Shown piece after piece: positions 28,035-41,810 of a stretch of DNA of 64,000 nt. The notes under the pieces were generated by a model that searched no databases, was not told the origin of the DNA, and saw nothing but the letters and a program-made list of their open reading frames with translations. Position 1 is the first letter of the stretch. Each line of letters opens with the position of its first letter. Source of the DNA: Tubiluchus corallicola (Eukaryota > Animalia > Priapulida); contig JAQGDQ010002387.1 of the NCBI GenBank assembly GCA_030141605.1, forward strand, positions 211,691 to 275,690, given 5' to 3'. The position numbers and the translations under genes are program-made.

Positions 28035-29011
28035 GATACAGAACGGATTCGTGGTGGATATCTTACAAGCGTACGTTATTTATGTTTAATAATTGTTTCT
28101 CTGTAATACTCATTTCTGGAATGTCTACGATCTGGAATTTTTTCGTTTTGCAGTGTATTTTAAATTTGTTAACAGTTTTAACTAAGTAAAGAAGTTTTTC
28201 AACTTGATTATTAGAGCCCTAATATAGGCATGTACCCCATTTTCATTCCATATTAGAATGCCTTGTATACATTCTGTATGTATAGTCATGAGAAATGTGA
28301 CCTTGTCTTTTACTGTGATACATATAAAGACGGTCAGGTGAACTATAATCATACCTAGGTTTACCGCAATACATGATGTTGGTCTCACATTTCAAGTATG
28401 CTCGTCTTTATTATAATGTGTAATGTTTTGCTAAGTCTGGACTTTAAATGTTCTGCATTTTGTTCGAATTATTCCTATTTTAACAAATTGTAAAAGTAGT
28501 AAGTCTTGATTAAGTTGCTGCAACGCTGCTTTAAATTAGGACTGGTGCCGTAAAATCATTTTGTTCATTCAAATGTACTGAACTTCATAATATACTTAGA
28601 TATCGTTTACTACAGTAACTCTGTTTAATTCGTATCTTTGAGGATGGATGAAATTCTTCGTATTATGCGAAATATGGGTTCTGTGACAATTTGTACATGC
28701 GCATAGAAGCTCATTTGAGTTGTCAGAGTTAATCAGGTCTGTCGTTAGCTGATTTGATTGTATAAAATGATGGAAAGCAATGTGGTCTATTAATAAACAT
28801 GGATGTTTATGAAACAAACATGTTATTTGCTTAAGGCTATGCGATATAATGCCTACCTTCAAAGTAGATGTTGTTTTCTTATACGGATTGTTTGCCATTT
28901 TTATCTTGCTATAACGTTGATAACATTTGTTGTTTCCAGTACCATTTCAAAACTATATTGTGTATTTCTTTCTATTAATTTTTTTGTTATGTCATGCTCA
29001 GTTTTGCAGCC

Positions 29012-29128
<117 letters not shown>

Positions 29129-31307
29129 TTATTGTATTATTCACGTTCGTATTTAAAAGACTCACTTGACAATCAAATACCGTATGATAACAATCATGAG
29201 CTAAATTATTGTTTTTACAATGGCCTGTTGCTTGAATCTCGTTCCATGCTTATGTCATAATTTAAAAAAATATTTTCACTAATTAACTATTAAATGAGCT
29301 AAGCATGTTCTCTAAATAGTAATAATACATGTAATTGTTGTTTCAACAGAAATCTTTGCTGAAGTCTTTTTTATGCTGATTTCAATAAAACTAAAGACTT
29401 AGGAATCACTTCAGTACATTTCTAATTCAGTAAGCCGTTTTTCATAGAATTATAACTTTATATGTACCTAATTACAGACCCCTTATAAGTACAATTATTA
29501 AACTTTGCATTAAAATTTATACTAAAGTGGAAAGTTGTGCCTCATTAATAATAATTGCAGATTTGCAAGCGTATTTGATTGTCAGGGGATAAAACGATTT
29601 TAATCTAAATGAGAGAAGCAAGTAACAAATCATTGTTTTCCAGTAAACAGGTTCGATTGGTGATTGGACAAATGAGGCTGGGAAATACAAATTTTAAGGC
29701 TTTTCTGCATTTTATAGTATTTTTGAATTCCTTTTTCAGTTTCAATTTAAGAGGATCTCGTGTTGGATCTATTAACTTTTGTTAATGTTTGATAATTTTT
29801 CTTTGAGATTTTTTTGTAGACAAACGTCCCATAATACCACATAATTATAGCTTGAACCATATGTCAATAACGTACTTGCTAATCCTTGGGTTTACGCCGC
29901 TTGACCAGTATTTGCTACTGATAGGAATCGCAGGTATTTACCATTTGTGTATATAGAAATCATAATTACATTACTATGATGTTATTAAAATTAGCTTGTT
30001 GTTTGTTATTGTTATTTCAAGTTTTCAAATTGCTTTGTAACCGCCTGATTCCTCGTGTTGAAAGCACTAATTTTAACTTGTTGCTATTATTGGTTGGTAC
30101 GTAAACGTGCCAGGACTAATATCCATTGTATTATTATTAAAATTTTTACATTAAATATTACCATTCTACCTATGCCATTTTTGTCACTTTTGTAGCCTAC
30201 TGTTCGTATGTTGTAAAAACAGTTTGAAATTACCCGTTTAATTTTTTCTTGTAAAATAATAACGAGATCTTTTAAATTACCTTCTTCTTGATGATAGAAT
30301 CGTTACTGTTTGGTACATAATTTCTATGTATTGTGCAATTCTAACATCCCGGTTTTAAATCAGTATTCCCAATAAACGATTTTTTGTTATAACGTTGAGA
30401 AGTTAAGTGATCATTATACTTTCTGTTGTTATTGTAGCAGTGCACACAATAATTTCCAATCTTTCAACAGTATTTTTTAACAATATTTCAAAGTCAGTTA
30501 TTAATAAAATTTGATTGTTAGACCATCATCGTCGTACGTCCATCACGTTACATCTATTATAGCGCTGGGCATGCAGAATTTTAAAATAAAAAAATCCGCC
30601 CTCGAGATAGCTAAACAAAGCAGTAATCCAGAAAAAACTAGTCACTGCTATTGTGGTGTCTGGTCAGCACCATTTCCGTTCTCTTGAGCATCATTGAAAC
30701 ACTAAAATCTTGTTGGAGAACGCCGTTTACTAGTTGCGACATGCGTGCTGCCATCTAGGGCCTACAAAAAATGTTATTAAGCAAGACAGAAGCTAGTGTT
30801 GTCCTTCCGCGGGTGTAAACGATGTGGTAGAGAAATGAGGTATTTAGGAAATTAAGTTAGATCCGGAATTTGAACGCAAGATCTTTGTCATTCAAAATGC
30901 ACATGCTTCACCGACCAGACAAATGATTGACAACTGTCTCACTGAATGTTATTGAGCTGCTTTGTTTAGAAATATTATGCTTATTTTTTAATTTATTTTT
31001 TATTTTAAATTTGTTTCATACATGTATACATAGCATTGTATAAAAATTAAAAATACTCAACTATACTACAAAATAGCGGTAGAAATAAATAAAATATTTA
31101 CATATGCATACATACACACCCAGACACAAAACATAAAATCACAAGACAGATCACTAAAAATACAATACACAGAGGCATGAAACTCAATAAAACTCACCTT
31201 AAAATGGTAAAAGATGTTGATTTCATAATGCAAAATATAGTTTGTAGTTTGTACCAGTTCGTCCATATAACTGTATTGTGATATGCAGAGTAAACATACA
31301 ATTTATC

Positions 31308-31435
31308 AATAATATTATTAGGTATTTCTGCCAGCCCTTATATAAAGAATCCTGTTATTTTTCGTGTAATAATATTATTAGGTATTTCTGCCAGCCCTTA
31401 TATAAAGAATCCTGTTATCTTTCGTGTAATAATAT
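31308..31435. repeat. 60-bp tandem duplication
   Basis: Two near-identical consecutive 60-nt units (aataatattattaggtatttctgccagcccttatataaagaatcctgttat[t/c]tttcgtgt). Confidence 0.9.
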
Positions 31436-33229
31436 CATAGTTTGGCTTAAATAAAACACAAGCCCAGTGATATTTGGTTACTTTCATATGTTAAGTTTGT
31501 CCATTACCTTTCATCAGTACTAAACACTGTATAAACTAGAATGCAAGCACTAACGTGCTTGGATCCAGCACGTCCAATTTGCTCGTTTGATCTTTTTGTA
31601 AAGACAAAGTTAATGGTTTTCACAAGAAAGTCGCGGGAAGCATTTAGCACAGCATAGAATATGTTTTCCATACTGTTGGGCAAACTGTTTGTTAGACTCA
31701 CGGTTAACAGAATCAGTCGCTTAATTGACTAATAAACGTCTGGTTCGTGCCGCTCCTATTCAAATGTGTATAAAAACTGTCGGCAGTTGATTCAATAACT
31801 CCGCATAACTAGCTCAATTTTTGTAGTTAAAATAAGACACTTGCGATCAAAGAGCGTTTACTACAGCGCGCCTTTGCAAACCATTATTTTCCGTGTTTGT
31901 CGTTTCCACTGCTTCCGCACAGAAAGCCACGTAAACACACGGATACGTACTCTAATAGTCAAACCATTTTTTCTGCGGAGGGACAAGTTCATTTTTATAA
32001 TGGAGAGACTCACACGATGTAGAGATTAAACCTGGTTTGACGACAAGTTAATCCCAAATATAGTCACAGAGATTTTACAAAGGAGCTGTACGTCGAAGTG
32101 CCTATGATGCCTATGAAGTCAATAGTGATTTTAGAATATATCTTGTTTTTGTTATTAAGTTAGCGTTCCCGTAAATTTAGATCTGATTTTGCGATTGCAT
32201 TTTTTAATTCATAGTATATATTTACACGCGCTTTTGCAACAATAGATCTACTTTGCCCTGAAAATGTTCTTTCATAGTTATGTTGTTACAATGAAAAAAA
32301 CTTGTAAGCTTCAAAACATTGTTACCTATATGATAAAAACCGCTTTTTAATTTTCAGTGAAAACAATCGGTCCATTTGAATTCTACTGGAAAGCACGCTG
32401 TAAAATTGCGACTTCTCGGTACGCTTCACGACGAAATGCTTGTGATAACTTTTAAAGATATATTTGACAACAACACCACTAGACAATCTAACCAAGCTTT
32501 AGGGATTACAAAGACAAATGCGTGCCATAGGAAATGACATTAAGTCATTTCGCATCAAATAATAAAATACTATAAACAATAACTGGCAATCGGCCTGTGC
32601 TTAATTTCCAACGTGCTGAAGTATAACTCTACATAACTAATTGGTTTACTTGTCAGATGAATTTAAATTAAATCATATTGTTGATAAGTTCTTAAGGCTT
32701 TAAAACCAGTATTTATTTCCCAGTATTTATTTCACGAAGCTGTTTGTTGTGTTTGTTTTTCTTTTTTCTTTAGCGTTACTACAGCTATTCTTGTTTCTTG
32801 ACTATCACTCACTCACACTGGGCAAATTTTTATGGTGAAAAAAATCGCAAGTAGCGTATCATGTACACACGGAAACATCTGTTGACGCATGCGCGGTATG
32901 CGTGTGTGTCCAATTCGTGCTTTTTTTTTAGAAAATTAGCTGGATCAAGGGCGTATAGACCATTAAGCAAGGGCAAAGAAAACAAACGAAACTGATCCCT
33001 GAAAATCTAGAACAAACACAAAGCTGCCTGATATTGTTTACAAAAAGAAACATGCAAACGTTGTAAACTAACAACCTGTACCACTGTCTGTATTTCAGTC
33101 AAAATATGAAAAGATAAAACGTATATGCAGCACAGAATTAAATTTTAGAGATGAAAAGGGCTAGTTAGAAGATTATGGATAAAAGCACAAAGAGCCAAAG
33201 ATACTTACCGGTGCCTATTAAAAGATAAA

Positions 33230-33590
33230 TGATTATTCAGATTTACATCTTTTAAACGGTTTTTAACAAGTTTGCTACCCTGAGCACACAGCAAAGCAGC
33301 ATCGTCGACAGACCCAGGGAGTTCATTCCAGATTTAATTATTCTATTTGAAAAACTTTTTTGAAATAACCAAGTTGGCGGTGAGTAGGCTGCAACTTTAA
33401 GCGGTGACCCCAGGTTACATCAGATACAAGTGCTTTGCTAAAAATACATATTTGTCTATAGCACTGTCTCCATTTAATATAGGATATGTTGACCAAACAT
33501 ACATCGTTAGATCATACAATGAGATTTGTCAGACTTTACAACGCTCACCAAACGAGATAATGCTACGTACATTTTATATAAAATAAACTA
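33230..33590 (-). mobile_element. Decayed CR1-clade LINE ORF2 3' fragment
   Basis: The minus strand gives YPILNGDSAIDKYVF ... TWGHRLKL ... SFSNRII ... WNELP across frameshifts, matching the CR1 C-terminal pattern (YKILNG..TRGH..KL..FFSNRVV..WN.LP). Confidence 0.6.
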
Positions 33591-34468
33591 AAGATTGACC
33601 GATTGATTAAAGATAAAGACAAATTAAGTTATTTTGTATTTTTGGTAAAATGCACACTCGCAGGTTTTTTTAGTAAACAGGTATACACTAAACATAAATC
33701 ATTTACTCCGCCAACCCATTGTACGTCGAATCACATCTGATAATAGCTGACTTTAATCAAATTATGCAATTCAGCTAAACTTTGCCAAAATTTTGATTTT
33801 TCAAGGCACTAGCGTCCTCTCCTCACTGCTACAGTTACTACATGTTTACAGCGTGACAGAGACTACACACTACAAGTTGCTCGCGCCATCTGTTGCAAAT
33901 AAATAAAATTTCGCATGGGTGCGATAAGTATAGTACAATCTCTCTTATTGCTACGCACAACATGCATTATTACAGAATTGTACAGTTTTGCAGTTTTGAG
34001 TTACTCGCTTGCGAAGTAATTCTACAGAAAGGTTTGTTTCGCAGTGATGCTGCTATCGTTCTCGATTTTGCATTATCTTTTAATATTGTGACGTCAGAGT
34101 TGACCAACTCCCCACTTCTAAATTTTTACGAAAGAATCGGATTCCATCACATCAGTAAATGGTGTTCTAAATGAGTATTCAGGCAGTTTGGCAGAAAAAC
34201 TCAATAAGCGATTAACACAATGCTTTGCGTTCCAGATTGTTTACATACCACATGTTTATTTGAGCTGATTAAATTTTATCGTTTATTTCTAACGTAATAC
34301 ATAACACAACTACAACTAGCATGAAATTATTGCTGAAATAAGCGCCTCAAAATGTCTCTAAATTGTTCATGTTATTCTTCTCTCTTTTTATTTCACTCTT
34401 TTCGTCCTTTTTTGTCGTTCTCATCATTTCTCATCCTCTCTCCTCTCGTTTCTCTCTTCCATCTCTCT

Positions 34469-34472
<4 letters not shown>

Positions 34473-34523
<51 letters not shown>
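34473..34523. repeat. (CT)n microsatellite in a pyrimidine-rich tract
   Basis: Seen directly. Confidence 0.95.
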
Positions 34524-34526
<3 letters not shown>

Positions 34527-35292
34527 CCCACCTCTCTCTCGTTCCCCGTTCTCTGTGTCTTTTCTTATCTCTTTATCTGTTCACTCAACTCGCCTTTTTT
34601 CTCTGCTTCAGATGGGGTCTTGAAAATTAGCTCTTATGAATGCATAGGAGTGAACGTGTGAACGTAATGACAGAAACTTATGCTTTTGTACACACCTCTA
34701 CAAACTGTTTTTACCACATCTTGGCCATATTTTATATAAGTTGATTGCCGGTGCAGATGATGAAATCCGATGTTGTTAAAGTCAATAATTTTCAGTTTTA
34801 AAAATCTACAAATTAAAAAGTGGTTGATTATTCGTTTATTTTTCTTTTCTACCAACAGGCACGGGGACGTATCAATAGCTTAAACAATATAAACAATAAT
34901 TTCAAAATCAGAATTTTTTCCGTGTAATTAGACTGCGTTGAGCATTTCAGGGTATGTATATTTTTTGCTGGCTGACAAAATTGGCAGATCATATCAATTT
35001 GTAAAGTAGCCGCGATTAAGGGGTTCAAAATCTTGAAACCTATTAACTTAACTTTCTATTAACTTGTGCGACTTTTTTTGGGGAAGATATTTTTCTGGGA
35101 AATGGTTTTTTCATCATTTGATCGGTACCCGAAGAATTTTGTGATTGTCCGAAAATTTTTTGCCGAATTGGGGGGGGGGGGTGAGGGCTGCAGCTCCCTT
35201 CCCCTTCACTGGTTCGTATGCCTGTACCGTGATCTATATGCACTAAAGTGACCCATGCCTTAAGTGAGGTCATCCATATTGAACCAGTTTTA

Positions 35293-35468
35293 GGTGACGT
35301 TTAGCATCCAGAATGCGTATGCTGTTTATCTTTTTTTCAATGCGCCCGTTTATCAGACCTGCGTTATGCATTATTTCTTTCTGCAGCTATTTTCTATTGA
35401 TTTTTATTCCGGAACTATTCCGCAGATGGATAACGCATAACGCATTCCGGATGTCTGGTAAACGCCAC
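35293..35468. mobile_element. MITE-like element, copy 2 (same family as 7806-8000)
   Basis: Shares ttttcaatgc.cccgtt.at..gacctgcgttatgc...ttctgcag.tattt...attccgcag..gga.aacgcataacgc.ttccggatg with copy 1. Confidence 0.7.
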
Positions 35469-35629
35469 TTTAATGCCATTTGATTATCCGAAGCTCTTTT
35501 AAAAATAATTCTACGTTCCTCCTTGCGAAAGAATGTTAGAATATGCAGGCATAAAAGATTTGTAGGTCTACCATGTCGTCGTGTATAAGAAGACTGAACG
35601 GTGTACTACTGTAAATTAAGATACTTTAG

Positions 35630-38390
35630 ATATTTATTAGTGTCAAAAATACATACAATGCAAGAAAAAACAAGGCATACATACAATTTCGATTTTGAAA
35701 TATACAAGAAAAAACAAGACACACATACAATTTCGATTTTGAAATATAATGATACTATATACAAACAAAACAATTACTAATAAAACAAATATTATTAAAT
35801 CTGCTTGTTAGTTGTATTAGTTACTTAAATGAAACGTTCAATGATTAGTATTTAAAATAAATTGTCATTCCTTAGGCCTCATTTTCAATGGTATGATTAT
35901 TACATAGTATATTGTTCTTCATGTCTTAAAAACGCTTTTTCAACATAATCAATAAATGCCTTAATTACTTCCAAATCATTACTTCTCATCAGGAATAAAA
36001 ATTTATCAGCATCGCTCATAAGGAAAAATTCTGGTATAATTACATTGATGCGATTATATAATTTCTTTCTAAAATCATTGTAATATGGGTTTTTATAACA
36101 AAGTGTAATTGGTCTTCGATTTCATTTCTTAAATAGTATGAGCGTATACCATTTCCAGCTGGGATTTTTCAAGGTTTAACGTACCTCCCTCTTTCAATAC
36201 ACAAAGTATGAGAGCTGATTCTCAGTTTTGTAAATTTTGTTATAGCATATTTGGAATAACCAGAAAGTAAATAGTTTCCTAGTTGATATTGTTTTTTGAA
36301 GGTACGATACGTTCGCAGTTTGTTTTGTCCATCAGGTTTGTTATTATTATGGATTTCTTCTTCCCAAAACAAAGTATAATCAGTTTTTATGAAGTAGTCG
36401 CTTAGGTGAAAACGTTGTCTGGTTATTCCACACGTGTTCAAAGCTAAATACACATAATGTATACTTAACAAAAGTAGTCCAACAAAAACAGCTAAGTTTC
36501 GGTTTTCGTTATAAGCAGTGGCGGATTGTATACTTAATTATTTTAATAAAAATGGGGGAAACGGCCACGTTCTGCCCTAGTCGCACATTTGCTTGATTTG
36601 TTATCGACATTCAAAAGAAATCTGCATAATTTAATATTGGCATCTTCGCTTGGCGCACTATCAAATTTAGTTTGAATAAGCGGAGAATTGGTTTTAATTT
36701 TAGTAATGCTAGGTCCCCATACACAAGAGCCATACAGCATGATAGGTACTACAGTATGTTCAAATAATTTGATAATAGTAAGTGGATTTGAGATGTACTT
36801 TTTCATGCAGTAAAAAGCTTTTAGGCATTTGTCTTTTAGTTTGGTGCAGCTTTGCCTGAAAGCACCGACCACTAAGTATTCAGAGGATTGGACTATTTTC
36901 AGCTTATCAGACCCATAGGTAAAGTTCAAGTCTTTTAGACTTCTACTTCTGCCTGCTTTGTTAAAAACAATAATTTCTGTCTTTTTAGTGTTAACTTCTA
37001 GAGCCCATTCGCTACAATAATTATTAAGCTTATTTAAGGCATTGTTGCAATCCTGACTGGGAACAAGAAAGTAAGACATATCATCTGCATAGAGAAGACA
37101 TTTGGTTTCAAAATTGCCTAGACTGACGGGATCGCATTCATTAGATGTGAAAACTGTTGGTAAGTCATTGATATACAAGGAAAAGAGAACTGAGCTCAAC
37201 GTACATCCTTGCTTAACACCTAAGGAGGATGCTATATCTATATACCGCCAGCGATTTTAACGGAGTAATTAGCTTTAGAGTAAATATTTTGCAGAATCTT
37301 AAGAAAATAACCACCTATATTATTTTATAGCAATTTATAGTACAATCCAATTCGCCAAACTGCGTCAAAGGCTTTGCGCAAATCAACGAAATAACAACAA
37401 AGTTTATGATTTGGTTTCAAAAATTTATCAATAAGTGTTTTTAATGTAAACATATGGTCACTGGTACGACAGCCTTTTTTAAATCCTATTTAAAATGCAG
37501 AATGTTATTATTAGGAATTTTCTAACCTGTTATTAAGAATGCTCGCAAATAATTTGCTTAAGCTGCTTGAAATGGCAATTCCGCTATAATTGTTTGGATC
37601 TGTTGCATTTCCACTTTTGTATATTGGGATGATGTGGCTTTGCTTCCACTGGGTAGGATAGCAGGAACCAGAAAAGACCAAATTTATTAATTTACGAAGA
37701 TAGGGAACCATAACTTCGCTTGAAGCATTTCCTTTATTAACCGTCTGTACCAGCAGTTTTGTTATTAAAACTGTTTAATGACAATCAGGATTTCCGTATC
37801 AGTCATTCTATAATCTAACTGAGAAAAAGAAGTGTAATTTTCTTCAATATACTCTGACAATTTTTTAGTTTTTCTCCAATGGCTGTCATTACTATTCAAT
37901 GAACTTCGAAAATGTTCTACCCAAACTATTGGGTCAATGTCATCGCCCTTGTTTAAGGTTTTTTTCTGGGTTCTGATTATCTTTCAAGTGTTTGATTAGG
38001 TTCCAAAAGACCTTCGGATTTTTAGTTTCCAGTTCAGTTAGTTGTTTCATAACACGGGCTTGATATTCCCTGTGTGCTTGCTGCTTGATCTTTTTATAAT
38101 ACCTCTGTTCTTTAAAGTACAGTTCTCGTAAGTTTCTATTATAAGGGGCGCTTTGCAATTTAAAATGCAAGTATTTTAGTCGGTTGTGGGCTGCTTTCCA
38201 TTGACTGTTAAACCATTTCTTATCTGGCCAGTGTTTTTGCTGGGCTACGCGTTTATTATTATTTAGAGTATTTCGTTCTTTAATTATCTTAGATGCAGCT
38301 ATAAAGCAAAATGGAATTAATGTTATTTACAGCCGCTTCAATCTCGTTCTCGTTTACATTATAATTAAAGCAATGTAGTATAGTGCATTA
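35630..38390 (-). mobile_element. Decayed, 5'-truncated non-LTR retrotransposon (RTEX-like)
   Basis: Broken RT frames: WKQSHIIPIYKSG..DPNNY.GIAISS.LSKLF, GFKKGCRTSDHMF, FVDLRKAFDAV, GVKQGCTLS..LFSLYINDL, LLYADD. The C-terminus reads KLRTYRTFK..KLRISSHTLCIERGRY..EIEDQLHF. Many stops and frameshifts. A 44-bp tandem duplication (35661-35748) lies in its 3' region. Confidence 0.88.
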
Positions 38391-39252
38391 AGGCCTTTTT
38401 ATAAATAATCTCTGGATTGTGGCACGTCAAGCTTCGCTAGCGGTTTCTTTACTTGCGTAAACTACATGAAAGTGCGCACATCATTGTCTATTGTTGAGCA
38501 GATGAAACCACAAAATACTATAATTTGTTAAAATCAAACCTGTTGTAGTTTGCCATTTTTTATGAAAGATGAAGTGTAGCCAACCTAAAAGGAGAGAAAG
38601 TAGGTAAATTAGTAAAATTATGGTATTGTGTGCTTTCATTCGCATACATTACCCATCAACTATAGTGAATGATGAAAGCAATTTACCTGTAGCATAAGAC
38701 TTCACCGCCACACTCAACAAAAATTAGAACAACGTCCATACTAACTGAACACAACAGAGTAGCGCCACCTATCAATACTGGCCTTCATTCACTTTGTTAA
38801 ACGAATGCGATTCGCAATGTCTACACAATTATATTACTAGAATTTAATAACCAAGATTTAATAGACAAAATAAGCAACAGAGGAAATGAATTAAAGCAAC
38901 AAGGTTTCTCTCAAAAGCAAGTTTTGAACAACGTGTACGTTGATGACACATCACATCATGCCAGTGATTCCACGTCAGCAGCGCCGCGTCACGTTTTTGC
39001 AGCCATGTGTAAATTTTTACAGACATGTACGAATCTTGATAAGGCAGTTGTAAAGCTGCATGAGTGCATTTCTATTTACGTACTTACGCACCTCATATCT
39101 ATTTATACATTATTATATGAGGTGCATCTAGTTACGTAGGCCTATTCTATTAGTCAAAATAATGCTTAGATGCGCAGTCAAGATTCGTGTTTTCTAAGCT
39201 GAAAGAGTTAGACGGAATTTGCCAACTTTATAAGGCCTTGCTAATTTTTGTA

Positions 39253-40590
39253 ATGGCCTGTTCATCGTCCAAAGACTACTCCATAGATATGGCGGCAATA
39301 TGGAAAAGAGCAAACTGGTCTGAAAGATTGTCCAGCCTGTTTGATAGTGGTACGTTGCAAGACGTTGAGTTCATCGTAGGTGAAAAACGCATCACAATAA
39401 GAGCAAATAAACTCGTCTTGTCGTTGGTAAGTCGAGTATTTTTTACAATGTTTTATGGATCACTACCAGAGGTCACTAACACACCTATTGAAGTTCCAGA
39501 TATCAGAGTGAAAGTGTTCAACATTTTTCTCGAATTTGTTTATACCGACAGGATTCCCATAACTGATTGTAGTGTGTTATGTCATGATGGGGTTCCTTCA
39601 GCATTTGAACTAATTTATGTGGCCAAGAAATATGACGTGAGAAGGTTGGAAAGCATTGCGGCTAAGTACATTATGTCACATCTGACAGTTGATAATGTGT
39701 GTGATGTCATTAGAGAAAACTATTTGTACGAAAACCGGGACGTGCACGAACAGTGCTATCAACTAATTGATTTGTACCCGCTGGATGTGTTTACGTCTAA
39801 GAGTTTCACAAAGCTAGCCTACACAGAATTGCTGGAAATAGTTAAGAAAATAAACAACAAAATTTCTGAATTATCAATTTATGAATCAGTTGTTGGATGG
39901 GCGCGGGCTCAATGCGCCCGGAAAACACTGGCGACTTCTACTGGTAACATTCGCAACGAAATGAGCGACGTACTGTACGAAATTCGTTTTCCCTTGATGG
40001 ATCTGCAAGAGTTTGCGGATGGACCCGCTCAGTCCGGCATATTAACCGATAGTGAAGTAGCTAACATTTTCTTAAACAGGCATGGATCATTAAACAAAGT
40101 ACAGCTGATTTTTCCCGGAGAAAATAGGTGCGATTTTATGCTAAACTCACAAGACTTTAGGGGTAGGCCTACGCTTGTCTTTAGAGTGCCAGTACAGCAC
40201 ATTGATGGACTTCAACGCGGAAAAGGAAAGTGGTTTTCCTCTAAACCATGTTATCCTATTGCGGGAGTGTCCTGGGCGCTAGAACTTAGGAAGTGTGGCC
40301 CACTTACCTGTAATTCTGAGACTGAAAAAGGCCAAAGTTGTTGTTTTCATTTCCGGTTTGAACCCCATTGTGCAGCAGAAGAACGAAGAACTAGAACATT
40401 GTTCAGGGAATCCAGGATAGTGCTGGTGAATCTTGATCCACAAAAAAGCATCGAAAAAAAGCTGGCTGAGGACAAAACACCAGCTATTTGGTGGGAAGAC
40501 AACTTCATTTCGTCACGTGACTTGCTGACATTTGAAAGTGGCTTTATTATTGCTGACGTGATTACAGTTTACTTTATACCATGTGTTTAA
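39253..40590 (+). CDS. BTB/POZ-BACK protein (BTBD1/2/3/6-like N-terminal part) with C-terminal MATH-like domain; single-exon ORF
   Basis: BTB: DVEFIVG..IRANKLVLSLVSRVFFTMFYGSL..IEVPDI..F..FLEFVYTD. BACK: SELSIYESVVGWARAQC.R..IRFPLMDLQEFADGPAQSGILT. C-terminus: FSSKPCY.IAGVSWALEL..WWEDNFISSRDLL..ESGFI..DVITV. First ATG is 39253. Confidence 0.88.
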   Translation: MACSSSKDYSIDMAAIWKRANWSERLSSLFDSGTLQDVEFIVGEKRITIRANKLVLSLVSRVFFTMFYGSLPEVTNTPIEVPDIRVKVFNIFLEFVYTDRIPITDCSVLCHDGVPSAFELIYVAKKYDVRRLESIAAKYIMSHLTVDNVCDVIRENYLYENRDVHEQCYQLIDLYPLDVFTSKSFTKLAYTELLEIVKKINNKISELSIYESVVGWARAQCARKTLATSTGNIRNEMSDVLYEIRFPLMDLQEFADGPAQSGILTDSEVANIFLNRHGSLNKVQLIFPGENRCDFMLNSQDFRGRPTLVFRVPVQHIDGLQRGKGKWFSSKPCYPIAGVSWALELRKCGPLTCNSETEKGQSCCFHFRFEPHCAAEERRTRTLFRESRIVLVNLDPQKSIEKKLAEDKTPAIWWEDNFISSRDLLTFESGFIIADVITVYFIPCV

Positions 40591-41051
40591 CTAAGACACT
40601 TCAAGCAAATAATCATGCTAGTGTAATTATAAGAATCCACGCGAAAATAATATTGTAATTTGCATAAAATGAGACAAACTAATAAAGATTAACCGCATGG
40701 CAGCCATTCTAGTGCATGAGACAAAATTTTCATGTTGCGTATTTGTGCAAAATCGTAATGGCTAAAATCTGAAAATCTGAATGTAATGTTTTATTTTTAT
40801 AATGCAACTCAGTTGTGCTGTTTTATAGCCTATTAACTGTTACCGCTGCTGCTGCTGTTGTTGTTACTAAGACTGATAGAATTTTTTTATAACGACGAAT
40901 AAAAACGAACAGTCTTAAATTTTATTATTCTTATTAATACTTAGTCATTCTTTATCTAATTTAAAATTTCAACTTGCTGATTTATGTAGAAATGTAGCGA
41001 GATTAGATTAATTAAATTATGCTCTCAAAACAGAAAGTCCAATGGAAGTGG

Positions 41052-41156
41052 AAGTGTTTTATTAACTAACACTGATTGATTATCTCTGTAAAGTTTTTAT
41101 CGGTGATTATCAATGTATTTTAATGGCAAATAAAGATTATTATATATACATATATA
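41052..41156 (+). mobile_element. ~105-bp 5'-truncated copy of the 3' end of the LINE at 60369-64000
   Basis: Near-exact reverse complement of 60369-60477 (ttttattaactaacactgattgattatctct.taaagtttttatc.gtgattatcaatg...taatggcaaataaagattat), including the (TA)n tail. Confidence 0.88.
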
Positions 41157-41810
41157 AGCAGAATAAAGTTGGAAACAGGTGTTTTGCAGCACATTGATTC
41201 ATTGAATGAATATCTGCACCCTGACATAAAATACTGACTTTCAACACAGCCAATGTAATATCAGTTAGTATTCAATGACTTAAAGTTGATTTTTCTTGAC
41301 CTGTCCGTTAAGAAAAGCAAGCATATGACGGGTGCGGAAATTCATTCAACATATTACAAAAAAAGGGCCGATTCCACGTTTATTCAACATCAAGTTCCAT
41401 CGGTCTTTCAAAGTTAACCTAATATCGCGAAATTTCAACATAATTCAAAACGTGAATTGAAGCGATAACTAAATTTTGACTACCCTGTAGTTCCTTATAA
41501 TAAAATTTACTGCACAGTTTCATATCCAAAAGCATCTGTGTGATTACGTATCATTTAGATCAAGCAGGCAGCAGGTGTGTTTGTATAAGATTTTGTTTGA
41601 GATATCTTTGTTTACCATTGATGCAATAGAGTTGATGTATTTCAGTGTGTAAATAAATTTGATTGTCATCAAACTACATTGTGAAAAATCGATTTGAGCT
41701 GCAAATAAGTAGTTTTTGCAAATGAAAAAGCTACACAAATACAACAATTTCCCACTACGAAACTCATGTTGTAGTGTTCAGACGTGGAAACATCAGACAA
41801 TGTTCCTAAA

